NCBI GenBank assembly: GCA_041288045.1
Contig: JBGGMM010000230.1
Coordinates: 1-12,531 of the forward strand
Length of the DNA stretch: 12,531 nt
Source: Pseudobdellovibrionaceae bacterium
Lineage (GTDB): Bacteria > Bdellovibrionota > Bdellovibrionia > Bdellovibrionales > Bdellovibrionaceae
Direction: 5' to 3'
In this document: piece after piece, positions 7,249 to 12,531 of the stretch
Numbering within the stretch: the stretch's first letter is position 1
Layout: every line of letters begins with the position of its first letter
Translations under genes and position numbers: made by a program
The notes under the pieces: generated by a model
Told to the model about the DNA's origin: nothing
Seen by the model: the letters and a program-made list of their open reading frames with translations, nothing else
Databases searched by the model: none

Positions 7249-7779
7249 ATGAAGGCCTTTTGTTTTCTTTTCATTTTTCTACCTTCCATTTTTGCTTTTG
7301 CTCAATCTCGCCCCTATCGGAACTCTTCTCGGCCGGTGACAAAGCCCTCTTTCACTTATGATCTGGGTGCTTCCACTGGAAATTACAACAATCGGTCTTA
7401 CACAGAAATTCAGTTGGGTTTGAATTGGTTTTTGCAAGAGTATTTCATTTGGCGGAATGCTCTTTTCACTCGCTTCGGGACAGGGTCAGAATCGGCAGCA
7501 GGATTGGACACATCCGCACGCTTGAATTACGACTCTCCTGGAGAAAATGGTGGCTTGGGTTTGAATGTTTTTGCCGGCCCTGGGTACCGTATTTCAAAAA
7601 CCGAAAACACCGGTGTTTTCGGTGAGGCCGGAATCACTTTAAGAGCCTCTGGACTTGCTGTTGGAGTGGGCGTGAAGTCGATTCAATACAATTCACCTGG
7701 GACTGATTCCCTCGGGCGAGATTTGCCGAAAACTGACACTTCGGTCTTTTTGATCTTGGCCGCTGGTGGAGCCTTTTAG
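7249..7779 (+). CDS. Small outer-membrane beta-barrel protein, 176 aa
   Basis: Signal peptide ending AFA, about 8 amphipathic Gly/aromatic strands (FTYDLGASTG, TEIQLGLNWF, LNVFAGPGYR, VFGEAGITLR, LAVGVGVK), and a C-terminal Phe. Confidence 0.8.
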   Translation: MKAFCFLFIFLPSIFAFAQSRPYRNSSRPVTKPSFTYDLGASTGNYNNRSYTEIQLGLNWFLQEYFIWRNALFTRFGTGSESAAGLDTSARLNYDSPGENGGLGLNVFAGPGYRISKTENTGVFGEAGITLRASGLAVGVGVKSIQYNSPGTDSLGRDLPKTDTSVFLILAAGGAF

Positions 7780-8586
7780 GAAAAGCTCTTTTTGAAGAGC
7801 CGCTAAGACTTCAGATTTTTCCTGCGGAGAATTCAAGTCATGAATCGCCGCCTTGAAGTCCGCTGAAAATGAGCTCTGATCCACCTCATTCAAAAAAACC
7901 TTTTGCAAGCCTTGCTGACAAAAAATCGCCTTCAAGTATTTCAATAGGTGGGCGCCATGAGAATTCATATCGGCGCAGGCATATTCAAATTGCGAGGCTA
8001 AATGCGGATTTTGTGAAAGTGCATTCTGGACTGCCGGCTGTCTCCAGAGCTCCAGCATCCATCTGGAAAAGCCAATCTGCACATTTCTCTGCTCAGGATT
8101 TTGAAAAAAATGATCGGCATGAATCAAATCGTGCAGTGTGAAACTGAGAGGGTCTCTTTCGCCAAGGATATAGGAAGAGAGTTCTGCCAAATCGGTGACA
8201 CAAGTGACACAGCGAAAGCCGGAGCTTTGCCATTTCAAAATACTTTCCGTATCGGGAACATGAAAACAAAGCTCCAGGGGGTAATTCCCCTGCGCCCATC
8301 CTGACAGAGAGCGGTTGACGGAAAGAGGAATCCCTCGCAAAGAAAAAGTCTGCAGAGTGGAAAGCGCGCATTTGGGATCGCCAGATTGAAGGCGAGCGCC
8401 TTTCCAGTCTTTCGGACGAAGCATTTGCAAACCAGTGAGGACATAAGAAGCAACAAATTCGACTGGTGAAATCTGTTTTTGCAACAAATCTTGCTTTAGA
8501 TTTTGGACAGAAGGGAAAAAAGCAGCGGCAAACGAAGGACAGTCCTCTGGAAGCAAAAGATTTTTTCGGTAACGACCCTTTCTCAT
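7693..8586 (-). CDS. Uncharacterised cytoplasmic protein with an HDxxH motif, about 297 aa
   Basis: Long ORF filling the gap between neighbours. Start moved from 8736 to ATG 8586 to avoid overlapping the antiporter. Motifs RDPLSFTLHDLIHADHFF, QIGF and YACADMNSH. The 3' end overlaps the convergent gene by 87 nt. Confidence 0.75.
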   Translation of the reverse strand: MRKGRYRKNLLLPEDCPSFAAAFFPSVQNLKQDLLQKQISPVEFVASYVLTGLQMLRPKDWKGARLQSGDPKCALSTLQTFSLRGIPLSVNRSLSGWAQGNYPLELCFHVPDTESILKWQSSGFRCVTCVTDLAELSSYILGERDPLSFTLHDLIHADHFFQNPEQRNVQIGFSRWMLELWRQPAVQNALSQNPHLASQFEYACADMNSHGAHLLKYLKAIFCQQGLQKVFLNEVDQSSFSADFKAAIHDLNSPQEKSEVLAALQKELFLKGSTSGQDQKDRSVSFRQISPEGISPR

Positions 8587-8642
8587 CTGGGACTGAGTAT
8601 CAGTTCTTGTTATTGAGGCCAAGACATTCTTAAAATAGTGAG

Positions 8643-9920
8643 ATGTTGATGGATCGAATTGAAATTCTTGGAACTGCTCTTTTTGCCTTGGCTGTTTTGC
8701 ACACTTTTGTGGCTTCTTATTTCGTTCGATTTTCACATCGATTTCCGAAAGGGTCAGGTCGAGAGGCCTTTTTTCACCTTTTAGGTGAGGTCGAAGTGGT
8801 CTTTGGTTTTTGGGCAGCGATCCTGATGCTGATCCTTGCCATCATGGAAAGTCCTCAATTTGCTATCAGCTATCAAGAGTCCTTGGATTTCACCGAGCCG
8901 CTCTTTGTTTTTTGTATTATGGTGGTGGCAGCGACCAAGCCCCTCTTGCAAGCCGCTCGGGGATTCATTGCCCGCATGGGAGCGCTTCTTGCCAAGATTT
9001 TAAAATTGCCTCAGGCCCCGGCTGATATTTTTGTGATTCTGACATTGGGACCTCTTTCTGGCAGTTTGATCACCGAGCCTGCAGCGATGACTGTGACAGC
9101 CTTGCTTTTGGCTGCCATGATTCGAAAACCTGAAAAAAGATTCATGTATTTTCTTTTGGGAACTCTGTTTGTGAATGTCTCGATCGGTGGGGCATTGACA
9201 CATTTTGCGGCCCCTCCGATTTTGATGGTGGCTGGAAAATGGGAATGGGGTCTGGGCTATGTCTTTAGCCACTTTGGTTGGAAGAGCCTTCTGGCTGTGA
9301 CTTTGAATTCATTGATCTTTGTTGGCTTGAATTTTCGCAAGATTCAAGATTGCTGTCAGTCCCTCAATGAAAAAGAAGACATGGTCAGCTCTTCTTCGTG
9401 GTGGGTGGCAGTGACTCACCTTGGATTTTTAGTGGGCTTGGTTCTGACTTCTCATTACAAATCGACGATGATGGGGATTTTCCTTTTCTTTTTGGGATTC
9501 ACAGCTGTGACAAGAAAATATCAGTCTGGCCTTCGCTTTCGCGAAAGTCTTTTGGTCGCTTTCTTTCTTGGTGGAATTGTCATGTTCGGTGGTTTTCAGC
9601 GTTGGTGGTTAGAGCCAATTCTGACCACTCTTGAACCTGGAATCCTCTATCTTGCAGCGACTGCTTTGACGGCAATTACTGACAATGCCGCTTTGACTTT
9701 TCTGGGATCGCAAGTTCCTCATCTTTCGGAGGCGGCGAAATATTTTCTGGTTGCTGGTGCCATTGCTGGCGGTGGATTGACGGTGATTGCCAATGCCCCC
9801 AATGCGGCTGGCTATTCGGTGCTTCAGAAATTTCTGCCCAATGGATTGAATTCGGGCGCTTTATTTGTCGGGGCGTTGATTCCAACCTTGGTGGCGGTTT
9901 TGGCTCTGGGTCTGCTTTGA
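8643..9920 (+). CDS. Putative Na+/H+ antiporter (DUF1504-type, ion-transporter superfamily), 425 aa
   Basis: About 11-12 transmembrane helices. Motifs HLLGEVEVVFGFWA, GSLITEPAAMT, LFVNVSIGGALTHFAAPPILMVA, TAITDNAALTFL and GGGLTVIANAPNAAG. Confidence 0.9.
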   Translation: MLMDRIEILGTALFALAVLHTFVASYFVRFSHRFPKGSGREAFFHLLGEVEVVFGFWAAILMLILAIMESPQFAISYQESLDFTEPLFVFCIMVVAATKPLLQAARGFIARMGALLAKILKLPQAPADIFVILTLGPLSGSLITEPAAMTVTALLLAAMIRKPEKRFMYFLLGTLFVNVSIGGALTHFAAPPILMVAGKWEWGLGYVFSHFGWKSLLAVTLNSLIFVGLNFRKIQDCCQSLNEKEDMVSSSSWWVAVTHLGFLVGLVLTSHYKSTMMGIFLFFLGFTAVTRKYQSGLRFRESLLVAFFLGGIVMFGGFQRWWLEPILTTLEPGILYLAATALTAITDNAALTFLGSQVPHLSEAAKYFLVAGAIAGGGLTVIANAPNAAGYSVLQKFLPNGLNSGALFVGALIPTLVAVLALGLL

Positions 9921-9925
9921 GCCCT

Positions 9926-9961
9926 AAAAAAACAAAACCCCACTTCTCAGCAGGGTTTTGT
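9926..9961 (-). terminator. Rho-independent terminator of the small secreted protein gene, possibly bidirectional
   Basis: Minus strand ACAAAACCC-UGCU-GAGA-AGUG-GGGUUUUGU-UUUUUU: a 13-bp stem with two G-U pairs, a GNRA loop and a U-tract. Confidence 0.85.
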
Positions 9962-9985
9962 CATTTCAATTCTTAAAAATTGAAA

Positions 9986-10213
9986 TTAGTGATCTGCAGG
10001 TGCGCCAGCAGCGGGAGCAGCAGGGGCAGCGGCAGCAGCGCCTTCAGCAGCAGCTTTGCCTTTTTTCTTTGCTGGCTTTTTTGCTTTAGCGTGAGCATCT
10101 GCAGGAGCAGAAGCAGCGGCATCAGCAGGAGCAGCAGGCTTTTCTTCGTGGTGCTCAGCAAATGAAACACCAGTGACAAGGAGAAGAGACGCGATAAGAG
10201 TTAGAGCTTTCAT
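9986..10213 (-). CDS. Small secreted, intrinsically disordered Ala/Lys/Pro/His-rich protein, 75 aa
   Basis: AAGGAGG RBS, signal peptide ending SFA, three APAD repeats, a KAKKPAKKKGK patch, strong GCT codon bias, and its own promoter and terminator. Confidence 0.85.
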   Translation of the reverse strand: MKALTLIASLLLVTGVSFAEHHEEKPAAPADAAASAPADAHAKAKKPAKKKGKAAAEGAAAAAPAAPAAGAPADH

Positions 10214-10262
10214 AGAACCTCCTTAAGGTTGCTTTGTTCTTCCAATACTGTTGGATTCCTTA

Positions 10263-10290
10263 AGGATAAGACTCTTTTTCAAAAGGTCAA
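10263..10290 (-). promoter_or_regulatory. Putative sigma70 promoter of the small protein gene
   Basis: Minus strand TTGACC (10290-10285), 16 nt, TATCCT (10268-10263). Confidence 0.55.
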
Positions 10291-10300
10291 CTTGTAGAAT

Positions 10301-12364
10301 CTAAAATTTTGTGGAATTTGTTTTGTTGTTTTTTTCCTGCATAAAATAAAAGTCCAATAAAGACATCAGAGATTTATAGTGAATGGCCATGGCTTTTCTC
10401 TCTGGAGATTCCTCTGCAGGAACTAATTTTTCATACTTTCCAGCCCAGTCAAAATAAGAGGCATTCGATTTCCCCAACATCAGTGCACCGCCAGCTGGAC
10501 CAACGACCAGTCCTGATGAGTGAAGGGCATAATGAGGTGCTTTAAGATCGAATAAATTCACCCCAAGCGCATCGTAATCAGCATTTGAAAGGCTGAGGTG
10601 GTAGAGAGTCGGAAAAATGTCCATGTGAGAACCGAAAGTGTCGGCCGACAATTTCAAATTCAATTCGGGAGGAGTGTAGAGGTAAAAGGGGACGGACCAC
10701 TTCTGCAGGATTTCTTCGTCGCTAAAATTAATCAGCAAAAAGCCGTGATCTCCAGTCGCTGCAACAAAAGTCCGTTCAGCCAAAGGAGAGCTCTTCAAAG
10801 TGCTGAGGAACTCTCCCAATTTTTGATTGGAATAATAATAAGTTTTAAATCGATTTTCGATGATTTGTTTTTCGCCGACTAAGCGACCTTTGAGGTCATC
10901 GGGAAATTTCTGTTCAGGAACTTTGAAATCCGATGGGATTTGGTAGGGAGGGTGGTTGGTTGTGGTCATCACCAAAATCATCTGTGGTTTTTCAGCTTCT
11001 TTGAGAATTGTGAGGACATAACGAAAAACGTCCTCATCATAAATACCCCAATCGTGAACTTCTTTGAACTTTCCGAGCTTGGCTTCAATGTCAACGTCGC
11101 CTTCGACATATTGAAATCCTTGATGGCGAGCAAATTTATCCATGTCTCGCCAGCCGGGATTCCCGCCATAAATAAAACGGGTTTCGTATCCGGCCTTGGC
11201 AAAAATTCGAGCCGGACTTGAGCGAAAGGGAACTTGTAAATATTGACTCTCAGTCAAAAAAGCACCGATCGGTCGATGCGCGACACTGATCATCAGTGAA
11301 CTTAAGCTCCCAGTTGTTGAGCTTGCTGAAGGTAAAAAATTCTTCAGGAACAAATCTTGTTGGATGTGTTTTTCAAATTCTCCCAAAAGATTGAAATCTT
11401 TTGATTGATAGCGCAACCAATGAGCTCCAAAGCTTTCCATCATGAGGACGACCACATGAGGTCGTTTTTTTTCAGCCCACTCGTTCACTGGGGTTTGATG
11501 ATGAAAAAGTTCAAGTGGATTTTCGGGAACTTTTTCCAGAGGCAAGCGAAAGTAATCGGCAAAAGCTTCTTTGGCATCCTGATAGCCAAAGTATCTGAGG
11601 TTGTTGTCCCACTCGGCATTTTGCTGGCGGCGTAATTTAAAGCTTCTGTAAAGAGCATGCACTCCGTTACTTGGAAGATAATTGATAAACGGATCACGCG
11701 ACACAACAGAATCCGCAGGGGTCAATGGAAACAAACCAAAGCTGCCTCGCCCAAGAAAGAAAACAAAAACCAAAGCCACAAGGCTAACCAATGGCAACAC
11801 GAGCCAGGGGACCTTCTCAAAAGATCTTTCAAAATCAGGAGCTTTGAGGCTTCGCTTCAACAAATGAAATAAACAAAAAAGACAAAGTGCAGTGATTAAT
11901 AAATACCAAATGACCGGGTAATTTCGCCAAAAAGTGAGCAGCAGAGCTTTGGTGTCATCTTCGACCAGAGCGAAAACTAAAATATTAAAGTGATCTTGAA
12001 AATAGGAATAATACTTTGTGTCTATGGCGAGAAGAATTCCGATCAGAGAAAAAAAGAGAAAATAATAGGGTCTCACCCAGCGCGAAAAAAAATGATAGAA
12101 ATTTTCGCTGCGCAAATGAGCTGCGATAATCAAATAGAGAGTGGGAAGAGCCAAGAGATATCCCAAAACGGAACCATCGAATCGAAGTCCTAATGCAAAG
12201 GCTTTCCAAAGATCCATGGTCCAGTTGGCGCTTTGTCCATAAATCAGCAGAGCGGCAAAGCGAAAACAACTCATAAAGACTAAATAAAATGCATTTATAG
12301 TTAGGAGTTTGCAAAGCCATTTGAAAAAATATTTTAAAGATTCAGCAACTGTGAGCTTGAGCAT
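10301..12364 (-). CDS. LTA synthase / phosphoglycerol-transferase family membrane enzyme (alkaline phosphatase-sulfatase superfamily), 687 aa
   Basis: Five N-terminal transmembrane helices. Catalytic-domain motifs HVVVLMMESF, SASSTTGSL (Thr nucleophile region), WGIYDED, TTTNHPPY, TGDHG and SHMDIFPT. Start moved to ATG 12364, which has GAGGT 4 nt upstream and avoids overlap with the response regulator. Confidence 0.92.
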   Translation of the reverse strand: MLKLTVAESLKYFFKWLCKLLTINAFYLVFMSCFRFAALLIYGQSANWTMDLWKAFALGLRFDGSVLGYLLALPTLYLIIAAHLRSENFYHFFSRWVRPYYFLFFSLIGILLAIDTKYYSYFQDHFNILVFALVEDDTKALLLTFWRNYPVIWYLLITALCLFCLFHLLKRSLKAPDFERSFEKVPWLVLPLVSLVALVFVFFLGRGSFGLFPLTPADSVVSRDPFINYLPSNGVHALYRSFKLRRQQNAEWDNNLRYFGYQDAKEAFADYFRLPLEKVPENPLELFHHQTPVNEWAEKKRPHVVVLMMESFGAHWLRYQSKDFNLLGEFEKHIQQDLFLKNFLPSASSTTGSLSSLMISVAHRPIGAFLTESQYLQVPFRSSPARIFAKAGYETRFIYGGNPGWRDMDKFARHQGFQYVEGDVDIEAKLGKFKEVHDWGIYDEDVFRYVLTILKEAEKPQMILVMTTTNHPPYQIPSDFKVPEQKFPDDLKGRLVGEKQIIENRFKTYYYSNQKLGEFLSTLKSSPLAERTFVAATGDHGFLLINFSDEEILQKWSVPFYLYTPPELNLKLSADTFGSHMDIFPTLYHLSLSNADYDALGVNLFDLKAPHYALHSSGLVVGPAGGALMLGKSNASYFDWAGKYEKLVPAEESPERKAMAIHYKSLMSLLDFYFMQEKNNKTNSTKF

Positions 12365-12430
12365 ACCGACCTCAACCGCGTCGAGAAAAAAAAGGTTTCC
12401 AACTGGGGATTTGTTCCCTACATTGAACTG

Positions 12431-12531
12431 ATGTTTCAAGGAAAAGTCATCCTCGTAGTCGACGACGAAGCGGATTTGCGAGAAATCATTCGCGATGAAT
12501 TGCGCTTCGAAGGTGCGACTGTCTATGAAGC
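12431..12531 (+). CDS. Response regulator receiver domain, N-terminal fragment running off the window (absent from the ORF track)
   Basis: Translates as MFQGKVILVVDDEADLREIIRDELRFEGATVYE..., the classic CheY-like start (ILVVDD followed by helix alpha1). Confidence 0.92.
   Translation, partial: MFQGKVILVVDDEADLREIIRDELRFEGATVYE

Noticed and set aside
6776..7252. 158-aa alternative-frame ORF whose stop overlaps the next ATG
   Set aside because: It lies mostly within the better-supported 6586-7203 gene and has no RBS or recognisable motifs.
8587..8736. N-terminal extension of the HDxxH ORF
   Set aside because: It would overlap the antiporter gene head-to-head by 94 nt.
9973..10179. Leu-rich and Ser-rich ORFs 9973-10179 (-) and 9980-10165 (+)
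   Set aside because: They are frame shadows of the GCT/GCA-rich Ala codons of the real 9986-10213 gene.
12365..12439. N-terminal extension of the LTA-synthase ORF
   Set aside because: It overlaps the response regulator start, and GAGGT supports ATG 12364.

Overview
Gene-dense chromosomal segment from a diderm bacterium. Gene content and style suggest a Bdellovibrio-like organism (inference). In order: a stand-alone HNH endonuclease with a long helical N-terminal region; a hairpin-rich spacer holding a degenerate 40-bp tandem repeat; an elongator tRNA-Met(CAT) on the minus strand with a clear sigma70 promoter; a three-gene envelope operon (two lipoproteins and a DUF2914-type membrane protein); a protein resembling a polyprenyl synthetase that has lost its DDxxD motifs; NADP-isocitrate dehydrogenase (icd); a membrane-anchored TPR-like protein; a small outer-membrane beta-barrel; an uncharacterised HDxxH protein; a putative Na+/H+ antiporter; a small secreted Ala/Lys/Pro-rich protein; an LTA-synthase/sulfatase-family membrane enzyme; and the start of a response regulator. 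No CRISPR array, integrase or transposase is visible. Most of the window is ordinary. The best candidates for something new are the HNH gene with its structured repeat, the apparently inactive prenyltransferase, and the HDxxH protein. All three are hypotheses from reading the sequence by eye.
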